NCBI GenBank assembly: GCA_951406725.2
Contig: OX597828.1
Location: forward strand, 59,768,001 to 59,832,000
DNA length: 64,000 nucleotides
Reading direction: 5' to 3'
Source: Octopus vulgaris
Lineage: Eukaryota
A program made the translations under genes and the position numbers. The notes under the pieces were generated by a model, which ran no database searches, had not been told where the DNA came from, and worked only from the letters and a program-made list of their open reading frames with translations. Below are positions 1 to 12,639 of the stretch, one piece after another; within the stretch, counting starts at the first letter, position 1; every line of letters starts with the position of its first letter.

Positions 1-825
1 ATGTTAACATATTAGCAATGAGAAAGCGCTCTAATCGATGTCTACCTATATACATACATATATGCAGGGTAGCCATGTACTTTCTCTACAGCGACACACC
101 TCTGCCTGTCTCTCTATCATACTACAGGTTAGGATGAAGCCACCTCTCTCACTACTAGCAGTCCACTCATCCTTGAAATTTACTTTTTAATTTTACTAGT
201 GTCAGTGTTACCAAAACTTTTCTCAGACATAGAAACCATGTGAAAACAGACATTAGATGTACGTGTAGTAATTCATCTCAGATAGTGTGAAATAGTCCAA
301 CCCATGACATGAAAAACGAATGTTAAATGATGATGACACACATACACGTTAATTGTATTTCTTATATTAATTTCAATAATTAATTTGTTTCTATTTATAA
401 ATAAAAACAATTGATTTCGCATGAGAATGATTAGTTTGATGACTTGTGGAAGCAATGTACTGTGTAAATGTAAGGACAACTGTATTTATTAAACAAGTGT
501 ATTTCATGATTCGACACATAGATAAAACTTGACTTTCAAGTGTTGGTTGATATTTTGCTTGTTGTTTGCATATCATGCCTTGTATTATAGATCCCAAATG
601 GCCAAAGGTAAGTGGTCTTTCTTATTTTGGTGTGGGTTTGCTGTTAGGATTGGTTTTCAGAGTTTAGTCTATATTAGGGTCAGCTTGAGGATTTGTGAAG
701 GGTTTTTAGAGAGAATAGTCAAGTAAGAGATCAAAGTTTGAACTAGGGGTTGGGATTTGGGGTGATGAGGAGAGTAGAGATTGAACAGGTTTATTTATAG
801 TGTTGATGACTGTTTTATATCGGGT

Positions 826-1310
826 TTAGCATTGAAAAGCAGGGATGGGGGCTGGGTGCTTGGATAAGATGCGGATGTCAGGTTGATCCAAGTTATCTCC
901 ATGGTGGTCTTTGGCATGTTGGTAGAGTATAGAAGACTGTTTTCTGTCGTCAAGTTGTCTTAAATGTTCATTTATCCGTTCCGCAATGCTCTTAGACGTC
1001 TCCTCTATGTACATCATGTTCATGTCCTTACAAGCACCTTCTATGCATCTTATATTGTAAACTACATTTCGAGTTCTACAGTTAATACCAGGGCTAATTC
1101 TACATGCCATGCAGTTATCAATTGTGCATATGGTATTCTTAAACGGGCATGTCCTTCATAATTGTGACCTGACGGAGTTCCTTGGCTTTTCAACAATTTT
1201 AATGTTGAGTTTGGTCTCTTTCAGAGCTTTTCTAAATCTACGGGCTAGTTCTCCATGGGCTCTGGCCTCTACTAATATCACTCCTTGAATTTTTACTGGT
1301 GAGTGTGTAT
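826..1310 (-). mobile_element. Penelope-like element remnant: C-terminal linker and GIY-YIG endonuclease (decayed)
   Basis: Minus-strand translation reads KALKETKLNIKIVEKP...CPFKNTICTIDNCMACRISPGINCRTRNVVYNIRC...MYIEETSKSIAERINEH...SILYQHAKDHH. This matches the PLE Cys-rich linker and the NVVY..YIGET..RxxEH GIY-YIG pattern. It has an in-frame stop and a YIG>YIE change. Confidence 0.8.
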
Positions 1311-1577
1311 TTAATAATAAGGCACTAAAAGAGAAAGACTATCCCCAGACACAACAGAATATACACTGTTTTCGCTAATTATTCTTTCACTCACTTTTGC
1401 TACTTTCAGTTATTTGACTGCGGCCATGTTGGAGCACCGCCTTCAGTCAAACAAATAGAGCACAGGACCTATTCTCTTTTGCCGAACCGTTCAGTTACGG
1501 GTGCGTGAAGACAGCAGCATCGTTTGTCAAGCGCTGTTCGATGGATAAAGAGGCATACAAACGTATATGTATATATG

Positions 1578-1618
<41 letters not shown>

Positions 1619-1627
1619 GTATACACA

Positions 1628-1792
1628 CACGATGGGCTTCATTTAGTTTCCGTCTACGAAATCTATTCACAAGGCTTTGGTCACCCCGAGGCTATAGTTG
1701 AAGACACTTGTCCAAGGTTCCACGCAGTGGGACTGAACCCAGAACACAGTGGTTCGTAAGCAAGCTACTTATCACAAAGCTGCTCCTATGCC
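1628..1792 (-). mobile_element. tRNA-derived CORE-type SINE (Octopus OR/OK-like); representative of many copies at ~2325, 2530, 3960, 8375, 8455, 9060, 12890, 28230, 28935 and 31970
   Basis: Reverse complement reads ggcataggagcagct...gggttcagtcccactgcgtggaaccttggacaagtgtctt...aagccttgtg..., with a B-box-like motif and a CORE-like 'accttgggcaagt'. Copies are flanked by (TA)n. Confidence 0.7.
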
Positions 1793-2456
1793 TAGCAGTA
1801 TATATATATATATTTATCTATTTATAAAACTGAAATGCGAATTGTCTGGAACGGTTTAAAGACCACTACATCCCGTCGGATTGACTCCAAAATTTACGGT
1901 TCGTGATCAATCATTCTCGCAGAAATGCGTGCACAAACAGACACAGAATGTCATGGTTTAAAGGTCAACATGTTTAAAACATAAATAGCTACGAGTTTGC
2001 GTATATGCATGTATCTATGTGCCTGGGTGCGGACGTGTGTTTCCAGAATGTTTCAGTTTTAAGGTCAACATATTTAAAACATAAATAGGTACGAGATTGC
2101 GTCTTTGCATGTATCTATATTCGTGGGTGCGGACGTGTGAGTGTTTGTGCGTGTGTGAGCACAGTCCACCTATACCCAAGTTGGTTGCATCGTCTCATAA
2201 GAACCAGCTGTGAAAGTTCCGGACCACATTAATGAACTCATTTGCATACAAACAATTATTTCTCGCCTTGAACTTGTCCGGTTAACAAACAGTAGTGTCT
2301 GAATGGGAATTAGCTTGCTTACCTAACAAATGTTTTCGATTTCAGTCCCACTGGGTGGCATGTTGGGCAAATGTCTTCTACTATAGTCTCGGATCGATCA
2401 AAGCCTTGTGAGTGGATTTGGGAGACGGAAACTAAAAGAAGACTGTCGTATGTATG

Positions 2457-2524
<68 letters not shown>

Positions 2525-2700
2525 CATATATGTAGCAGTAAGAGTGGCTACGTAGCTTGCTTTCCAAACACGGTGTTTCTGGTTCTGTCCAACTCCGTGG
2601 CCCCTTGGGCAAGTGTCTTCCGATATAGCCACGGACAGACCAACGTTTCTGAGTAGATTTGGTACACCGAAACAGAAAGTAGCCCGTTGTATATAGATAG

Positions 2701-2745
<45 letters not shown>

Positions 2746-3050
2746 GAGAGAGACATAGGTATATATTGATATATTGACTGATATATGTATATACATATAG
2801 ATATTTAAACATATATGGGATGGCCATAATGGGACATCCGACTCACTAGAGAGAGCAGTTAAACTCCAAAAAATCGTAAAATCTATGTCATGTCTGAATA
2901 ATATATTGGAAAGTTACCTCCTCTTGCTCATTATAATTTATTAAAAGTAATATAATTGTATGTAAGGAAAGTAACTCTGGAAGATGTTATCTAGTTATCT
3001 CCCTTCCGAGATGTATGTGTTTGTGTATTTATATGTCCTATATAGCGACG

Positions 3051-3085
<35 letters not shown>

Positions 3086-4100
3086 ATATATACATATACA
3101 CATACAGATATACGTGAATATACCAACACACGTATCTGTAGTATCTAAAACAAAAAAGAAACTGTAAGGGATGGAATGGGAGTTCTTTCCGTTTTATTAA
3201 GAAAACTTGCATCTGTATGTGTGATAGTACGTGCGTGCGTGCATTCTCGTGTGCCCTTCAAGTGCAAACAAACATACACAGACACACACACACACACACA
3301 CACACACACATTTAAACAAGTGTACGACGAGATTCTGTCAGTTTTCTTCCACTAAATCCCATCACAAGGATTAGCTAGGCCCTGGGCTACAATTGTAGAC
3401 AATTGCAGAAGATGACAGGCAGTGGGAATGAACCCGAAACCAGTTTCCCTCTACAAACTCCACTAAGAATACATTGGTCGGCCCTAGGCTAAAGTCGAAT
3501 ACACTTGCCGAAGATGCAACGCTGTTGGTTTGAACTCAGCACATTGCGGTTCATGAGCAATCATTATCACAGAAATGTGCGCACAAACAGACACAGAATG
3601 TCACGGTTTAAAGGTCAACATGTTTAAAACATAAATAGCTACGAGTTTGCGTATATGCATGTATCTATGTGCCTGGGTGCGGACGTGTGTTTCCAGAATG
3701 TCTCAGTTTTAAGGTCAACATATTTAAAACAAATAGGTACGAGATTGCGTCTTTGCATGTATCTATATTCGTGGGTGCGGACGTGTGAGTGTTTGTGCGT
3801 GTGTGAGCACAGTCCACCTATACCCAAGCTGGTTGCATTGTCTCATAAAAACCAGCCGTGAAAGTTCCGGACCACATTAATGAACTCATTTGCATACAAA
3901 CAATTAGGTCTCGCCTTGAACTTGTCCGGTTAACAAACAGTAGTGTCTGAATGGGAATTAGCTTGCTTACCTAACAAATGTTATCGAGTTCAGTCCCACT
4001 GGGTGGCATGTTGGGCAAATGTCTTCTACTATAGTCTCGGGCCGACCAAAGCCTTGTGAGTGGATTTGGGAGACGGAAACTAAAAGAAGACTGTCGTATG

Positions 4101-4145
<45 letters not shown>

Positions 4146-4339
4146 GTAGCAGTAAGAGTGGCTACGTAGCTTGCTTTCCAAACACGGTGTTTCTGGTTCT
4201 GTCCAACTACGTGGCCCCATGGGCAAGTGTCTTCCAATATAGCCTCGGACAGACCAACGTTTCTGAGTAGATTTGGTACACGGAAACAGAAAGTAGCCCG
4301 TGGTATATAGATAGGTGTGTGTATATATATATATATATA

Positions 4340-5781
4340 CATCAGCAAAGTCATGGAACGAATAGTCCGTAAGAAACTAATCATGTTCCTTGAAGAAAAT
4401 GACTTACTGTCTGACACCCAGCATGGATTTCGACCAGGTAGAGGCTGCCTAACACAGCTCCTGCAACACTATGACTGGGTGTTGAAACAGCTACTAAATG
4501 GCTCAAATGTGGATGTAATATATCTTGACTTTGCAAAAGCCTTTGATAAAGTCGACCATGGTATGATCTGTCACAAACTGCGTGGTCTCGGCATAGGCGG
4601 GAAACTTGGAGAGTGGCTGCACAACTTCCTAAAAGACAGAAAACAGGCAGTTGTGAGCAATGGAGCCACCTCCAGGGAAACGCAAATAACAAGCGGTGTC
4701 CCACAGGGCACTGTCTTGGGGCCACTGATGTTCATAGTGGCCCTTTCAGACATGCCTTCAGTTGCTACGATGACCACCCTTGCTAGCTATGCAGATGACA
4801 CAAAAGTCTCCCACGCAATACAAAACCCTGAAAATATTGCGCATCTGCAACATGAGCTGGACACAATATACAGGTGGGCTGAGGACAACAACATGCAGTT
4901 TAATGCAGGTAAGTTCCAGGCCCTGCGCTACTGGCACACAAAGGTAAATGATGTGAAGACTGGATACACTGGCCCAGGAAGAATTGCAATCCCTGAGTCA
5001 AAATCAGTGCGTGACCTGGGCATTGACATGAGCAATGATGCATCTTTCCAAATGCATATTGCTAATCTGGTGATAAAATGCAGACGGCTAGCTGGATGGA
5101 TTCTCCGAACTTTCAGAACAAGAGAGAAGGAGACACTGATGGTCCTATGGAAAACATTTGTCCTCAGCCGCTTGGACTACTGCTCCCAACTTTGGTCACC
5201 ACACAATATAAAACAAACAGCAGAACTTGAAGCAACTCAGAGAAGCTACACAAAGAAAATCGTCTCAATGCAAAATGTCAGCTACTGGGAAAGACTGAAG
5301 GTATTAAACCTCTTCTCCCTGGAGCGGAGGCGGGAGAGATATGCAGTGATATACATCTGGAAAATCCTGGAGGGTCTTGTCCCAAACTTTGGCATTCAAA
5401 GTTACTCCAACCGCAGAACGGGGCACCGCTGCGTGGTGCCAAGGATTCCAACATCACCATCAAAATACAGGTCCAGATACTGCAACAGCTTGGGTTTCAG
5501 AGGACCACAGCTCTTTAACATCCTCCCTAAATGCCTGAGAGACTTACATGGTGTGGATGTGGGTTTCTTTAAAACTAAACTGGATCTCTTCTTGTTGGGA
5601 GTCCCAGATGAACCTACCTCACGACAGGAGACACGGATGCGGGCAGCAGCATCAAACTCCCTTGTTGATCAGGTGCCACGTATCAGAGGTGGATTCACAA
5701 ACTAGTGTAGCTCATTCAGCGGTGGTGCCCCAGCATGGCCGCGGCCTTCGGGCTAAAACATTTTTAAGGATTTAAGGATTT
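4340..5781 (+). mobile_element. 5'-truncated CR1-like non-LTR retrotransposon with uninterrupted RT ORF (to 5705), inserted in a (TA)n tract
   Basis: Contains QHGFRPGRGC, YLDFAKAFDKVDH, GVPQGTVLGP, YADDTK and SLERRR motifs, a short 3' UTR and a (TTTAAGGA)2 tail. Empty sites occur at ~2700-2750 and ~29270-29310. Confidence 0.92.
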
Positions 5782-7139
5782 ATATATATATATATATATA
5801 CATACATATATATAGAGAGAGAGACATAGGTATGTATTGACAGATATAAACATATATGGGATGGCCATAATGGGACATCCGACTCACTAGAGAGAGCAGT
5901 TAAACTCCAAAAAATCGTAAAATCTATGTCATGTCTGAATAATATATTCGAAAGTTACTTCCTCTTGCTCATTATAATTTATTAAAAGTAATATAAATAT
6001 ATGTAAGGAAAGTAACTCTGGAAGATGTTATCTAGTTATCTCTCTTCCGAGAGTTAACTTCCCTGCAATTTTTTTTATTGTTAAATTATAATATTCAAGG
6101 GAAGTAACTGTAGAAGATACTTTGTAGTTATCTCCCTTAAGTATGTAGTTATCGTAATATACGCTTTGTCGCTCTTAGACACTTTCAGGTATTTCACTGT
6201 TACCATGGTGGAGCACCGCATTTAGTGAAGGAAATCAACCCCAGGAATTATTCTTTGTATGCCTATTACTTAATGTATAGGTCTCTTTTGCAGAACCGAT
6301 AAGTTACGGGGACGTAATGTTCGATATACTGATTTAGTAGGTATTTATTTATTGTAAGAATTTCAATTATCATAAATTATGGGCTAGGAAAAATACTGAA
6401 AACTTTTTTGATAGACCTATTGGGGCTCCTTGTGTGTGTGGGACTGTTTTTATTTATGTGAGTGTGGGTATTTTCATTTCAGTGTTTGTGTGTTTGTATG
6501 AGTGTTTTTATTTCTGTGTGCACGAGTGTGTGAGCGACTGTGTGTTTCTATTTGTGTGTGTGCGACACTTACAACTACAACAAACACATTGACCATTTCT
6601 AAGATACCCACATTTGAAATCACTAACTACTAAATCAAAATAAGTTCAACTTATTCCACCTTTAGTGGCTTTAGATGTTGCTCATATTTTTCCCATGTGT
6701 CGTCAATGTATTAATTTCACAAGTGGATGATAGAAATTCTAATACTGGCGTGGAGGGAGCTGATATTCTAACTGCGAGTGCAAAGCACCCAATGCCCCTC
6801 TACATTCTGAATAAATTGAATGTTTATGCTAGTTAGGGTTTTATGTGTGAATGTGTAACTGCGTTTTCATTTCTGTGTGTGACTATTTTCATTTCTATTT
6901 GTGTGTGTGCATGTGTAGGTATGTAACTGTTTTCATTTCAGTGTTTGTGTTTGTGTGAATGTTTTTATTTCTGTGTATACGTGTGTGTGAGCGTCTGTTT
7001 GTATGCGACAATTACAGCTACAACATACACTTTAAGCATCTCTAAGATACCCACATTTGCAGATCCCTAAGTTCTAAATGAAAAGAAGTTCAATTGCACC
7101 TTTAGTGACTCTAGATTTGCGAGTGTTAAGCACCCCGTA

Positions 7140-7380
7140 TCTACATACCTGGATCGGCCATAATTAGCCTCATTCGGAGATCTCTCGGGTGTGGAATATT
7201 TATGACTATAGAAGTTAACTTGTTACAGGTTTTGTTTTTGGCTCAACTTTTGTAGATTTTGGGAAGTCCATAGATGTTACTGGCTTTGCAGTCAAATCTA
7301 ATCAAGCAATTTGTCTCCTTTTTTGTTAAACCGTGTTGGAACTGGTGGATAAGAGTAGACAGTTTGGTCATTATCTTCGA
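7140..7380 (-). pseudogene. Penelope-like RT N-terminal fragment, repeated at ~11640, 14450, 15615 (partial), 30740, 34800 and 35900
   Basis: The copy at 34800-35037 translates as MTKLSTLIHQFQQDLTEKETNCLTRFHCKASNIYELPKIYKS*AINKTC...PRDIRMRPIMANP, resembling the PLE FYGLPKIHK...LRPII motif. Confidence 0.7.
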
Positions 7381-7529
7381 TTGACTGTAGTTGATGCTTT
7401 TAACCGATGCTGGTGTGTTTTACTCCTTGTATTTTAGCGATTCGGCAAAAGAGAACAAGTTAGAATAAATACTAGGCTTACAAAGAATATGTGCTGCGGA
7501 CGATGTGCTCGATTAAAGGCGGCGCTCCA

Positions 7530-7584
<55 letters not shown>

Positions 7585-10500
7585 CAGATATACGTATATA
7601 TACCCACACACGCATATATATATAATCTAAAACAAAAAAGAAACTGGATTATGTCCGAAGAGTAGTATTAGATAACATTATTACTTTATATATTCGTGGG
7701 GTGTAGTGAAATATAAATGATCAGCTAGTCAATGTTTATTTGTTAAAGGTACCAGCAGATTACTTGGATGTGTATGTGTCTCTGTTGGTGTGCGCATGGT
7801 CGTGTCTCCTTTCGCTATTACAGAAATTACAATATGAAACGTATTATATGACGTTTAGGAGATATTTTCAGCTATCTCCCTAGTGAACAGGTTATAGACT
7901 TTGGTCGCTATTTACTCTTTTACTCTCATTTACTTGTTTCAATCATTTAACTGGCCATGCTGAAACAACTCCTTCAGTCGAGCATATCGACCCCAGGACT
8001 TATTCTTTGTAGGCCTAGTTCTTATTCTAACAGTCTCTTTCGCTGAACCTCTAAGTTATGGGGTCCTAGACATATATACACACACACACACATGTATATA
8101 AAAGTACGTAGTCGCACACACAGATATGGAAATACACACATCTAACCCTAACCCAGTTTCATCTCCCTTTGGCATTTAAACTTAAATATAAAAATGAATC
8201 TCAAACCAAGGAAAGTAACTCCCTCTACATCCCTTACTTGACAAGAGTTACATCCGTTGATTGATACTAATACAATTTAACATTAGGATACGTAAATAGT
8301 GTTTGAATAATAATAGGCTGGAATGGATTAGGGTTAGGTTTAGGTTTAGAAGACAATTGGACAAGATGCGAGGCAGTGGGAATGAAACTGAACCCATGTG
8401 GTTCGTAGGCAAGCTACTTACCACATAGCCATTCCTGCGCCGATATTCATATATACGACGGGCTTCTTTCAGTTTCCCTCTACCAACCCTACTCAGAATA
8501 CATTGGTCGGCCCGGGGGTATAGTTGAATACACTTGCCGAAGGTGCAACGCTGTTGGATTGAACCCAGCACATTGAGGTTGGTGAGCAAACACTCTCACA
8601 CACATGCGCGAGCGCAAACAGACACAGAGTTGAAAGCACACATATTGGCTAACCCAGACACTCATGAAATTTCTTCAGAGTGTCACGGTTTTAAAGTCAA
8701 CTTATTGAAAACATAAAATAGCTTTGCATGTATCTATGTGCATGAGTGCGGAAGTGTGGGTATTTGTGCGTGTGTGAGCACAGTCCACACATACCCAAGG
8801 TTGTCACATCGGCTAATGTGACCCAACCGCGAAAGTCTGTTTTACCCAGACATACACATACAGATATACGTGTATATACCCACGCACGTATATGTAGTGT
8901 CTAAAACAAAAAAGAAACTAAGGGATGGAACGGGAGTTCTTTCCGTTTTATTAAGAAAACTTGCATCTGTATGTGTGATAGTACGTGCGTGCATTCTCGT
9001 GTGCCCTTCGAGTGCGAACAAACACACACACACACACGCACACATTTAAACATATATACGATGGTATTTTTTCAGTTTCCTTCCACTAAATCCAATCACA
9101 AGGATTAGGTCGGCCTTGGGGTACAGTAGTAGACAATTGCATAAGATGACAGGCAGTATGAGTGAACAGCAAACCATGTGGTTCGCAAGCGAACTACTTT
9201 ACAACATAGCCATTGCTACGCCGATATTCATTTATACGACGGATTCTTTCAGTTTCCCTCTACACACTCCACTCAGAATACTTTGGTCGGCCCAAGGCTA
9301 TAGTTGAATACACTTGCCGAAGGTGCAACGCTGTTGGTTTGAACTCATTGCATTGCGTTTCGTGATCAATCATTCTCACAGAAATGCGCGCACAGACACA
9401 GAATATCACGGTTTAAAGGTCAACATGTTTAAAACATAAATAGCTACGAGATTGCGTCTTTGCATGTATCTATATTCGTGAGTGCGGACGTGTGGGTGTT
9501 TGTGCGTGTGTGAGCACAGTCCACCCATACCCAAATTTGTTGCATTGTCTTGTGGGACCCAGCCGCGAAAGTTCCGGACCCCATTAATGAACTCATTTGC
9601 ATACAAACAATTAGGGCTCACCTTGAACTTGTCCAGTTAACAAACAGTAGTGTCCGAATGGGAATTAGCTTGCTTACCTAACAAATGTTTTCGAGTTCTG
9701 TCCCACTGGGTGGCACGTTGGGCAAATGTCTTCTACTGGCATATAGACTCGAGGCGATAATAACTATGTCTCGAGTCTATATGATATAACTATTCCAAAT
9801 CCACCACTCTCGCGTGGTTTTCTCCGCAGTAAATATAAACTAGATAGATATTTATATATATGTTTCTGTTTCCCCAAAACCGCTTGACAACCGAAGCTGG
9901 TATTTTTTCACTCTAGTAACTTCGGGAAAAGACGACCAATAAATAAATTCTAGACTGTCATAGAGTTAGTCCTAGTGTCGATTTGCTCTAGAAAATGCTG
10001 TGCTCCAGCATGGGCACAGTGAAATGACTAAATAAGGAAAAGCGTAAAAGTGCGTGTGTCACGTCTGCATAATATATTCTAGAGCTACTTCCCTAGGAAA
10101 TTATAATTTAATAAAAGTAAAATAATTATATGTAAGGAAAGTAACTCTGGAAGATGTTATCTAGTTATCTCCCTTTCGAGAGTTAAGTTCCTTGCATTTT
10201 ATTTTATTATTGTTAAATTTTAATATTTAAGGGAAGGTAACTGTAGAAGACACTCTGTAATCTCCCTAAAGTATGTAGTTATTGTAATATAGACTTTGTC
10301 GCTCTTTGACTCTTTCAGTTATTTCACTGTGACCATGGTGGAGCACCGCCTTTAGTCAAGCAAATCAACCCCAGCAATTATTCTTTGTATGCCTATTACT
10401 TAATGTATAGGTCTCTTTTGCAGAACCGCTAAGTTACGGAGACGTAATGTTCGATGTACTGATTTAGTAGGTATTTATTTACTGTAAGAACTTCAATTAT

Positions 10501-12030
10501 CATAAATTATGGGCTAGGAAAAATACTAGAAACTTTTTTGATATATTTATTGGGGCTCCTTGTGTGTGTGGGACTGTTTTTATTTATGTGAGTGCGGGTA
10601 TTTTCATTTCAGTGTTTGTGTGTGTGTTTGTGTGTTTTTATTTCTGTGTGAGCGACTGAGTGTTTCTATTTGTTTGTGTGTGTGCGACACAAATACAACA
10701 AACACTTTGACCATTTCTAAGATACCCACATTTGAAATCACTAACTACTAAATCAAAATAAGTTCAACTTATTCCACCTTTAGTGGCTTTAGATGTTGCT
10801 CATATTTTTCCCATGTGTCGTCAATGTATTAATTTCACAAGTGGATGATAGAAATTCTAATACTGGCCTGGAGGGAGCTGATATTCTAACTGCGAGTGCA
10901 AAGCACCCAATGCCCCTCTACATTCTGAATAAATTGAATGTTTATGCTAGTTAGGGTTTTATGTGTGCATGTGTAACTGCGTTTTCATTTCTGTGTGTGA
11001 CTATTTTCATTTCTATTTGTGTGTGTGCGACACTTACAACTACAACAAACACATTGACCATTTGTAAGATACCCACATTTGAGATCACTAACTACTAAAT
11101 CAAAATAAGTTCAATTTATTGCACCTTTAGTGACTTCAGATGTTGCTCATATTTTTCCCATGTGTCGTCAATGTATTAATTTCACAAGTGGATGACAGAA
11201 ATTCTAATACTGGCGTGGAGGGAGCTGACATTCTAACTGCGAGTGCAAAGCACCTAATACCCCTCTACATTCTGAATAAATTGTATGTTTGTGCTAGTTA
11301 GGGTTTTATGTGTGAATGTGTAACTGCGTTTTCATTTCTGTGTGTGGGTGCGTATGTTTGTGTGTGACTATTTTCATTTCTATTTGTGTGTGTGCATGTG
11401 TAGGTATGTAACTGTTTTCATTTCAGTGTTTGTGTTTGTGTGAATGTTTTTATTTCTGTGTATACGTGTGTGTGAGCGTATGTTTGTATGCGACAATTAC
11501 AGCTACAACAAATACTTTAAGCATCTCTAAGATACCCACATTTGCAGATCCATAAGGTCTAAATGAAAAGAAGTTCAATTTATTGCACCTTTAGCGACTT
11601 CAGATTTGCGAGTGTTAATCACCCAATGCCTCCCGTATCTACATACCTGGATCGGCCATTATTGGCCTCATTCGGAGATCTCTCGGGTGTGGAATATTTA
11701 TGACTATAGAAGTTAACTTGTTACAGGTTTTGTTTATGGCTTAACTTTTGTAGATTTTGGGAAGTTCATAGATGTTACTGGCTTTGCAGTGAAATCTAGT
11801 CAAGCAATTTGAGTCCTTTTTTGTTAAACCGTGTTGGAACTGGTGGATAAGAGTAGACAGTTTGGTCATTATCTTCGATTGACTGTAGTTGTTGATGCTT
11901 TTAACCGATGCTGGTGTGTTTTACTCCCTATATTTTAGCGGTTCGGCAAAAGAGAACAAGTTAGAATAAATACTAGGCTTACAAAGAATATGTGCTGCGG
12001 ACGATGTGCTCGATTAAAGGCGGCGCTCCA

Positions 12031-12078
<48 letters not shown>

Positions 12079-12570
12079 ACACATACAGATATACGTATAT
12101 ATACCCACACACGCATATATATATAATCTAAAACAAAAAAGAAACTGGATTATGTCCGAAGAGTAGTACTAGATAACATTATTACTTTATATATTCGTGG
12201 GGTGTAGTGAAATATAAATGATCAGCTAGTCAATGTTTATTTGTTAAAGGTACCAGCAGATTACTTGGATGTGTATGTGTCTCTGTTGGTGTGCGCATGG
12301 TCGTGTCTCCTTTCGCTATTACAGAAATTACAATATGAAACGTATTATATGACGTTTAGGAGATATTTTCAGCTATCTCCCTAGTGAACAGGTTATAGAC
12401 TTTGGTCGCTATTTACTCTTTTACTCTCATTTACTTGTTTCAATAATTTAACTGGCCATGCTGAAACAACACCTTCAGTCGAGCATATCGACCCCAGGAC
12501 TTATTATTTGTAGGCCTAGTTCCTATTCTAACAGTCTCTTCCGCTGAACCTCTAAGTTATGGGGTCCTAG

Positions 12571-12639
<69 letters not shown>

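Noticed and set aside
1505-4417. Short ORFs rich in YI/CV/HT
   Set aside because: They are read-through of (TA)n/(CA)n microsatellites and SINEs. The same applies to similar ORFs across the window, including the poly-Y/I/N ORFs at 45-47 kb.
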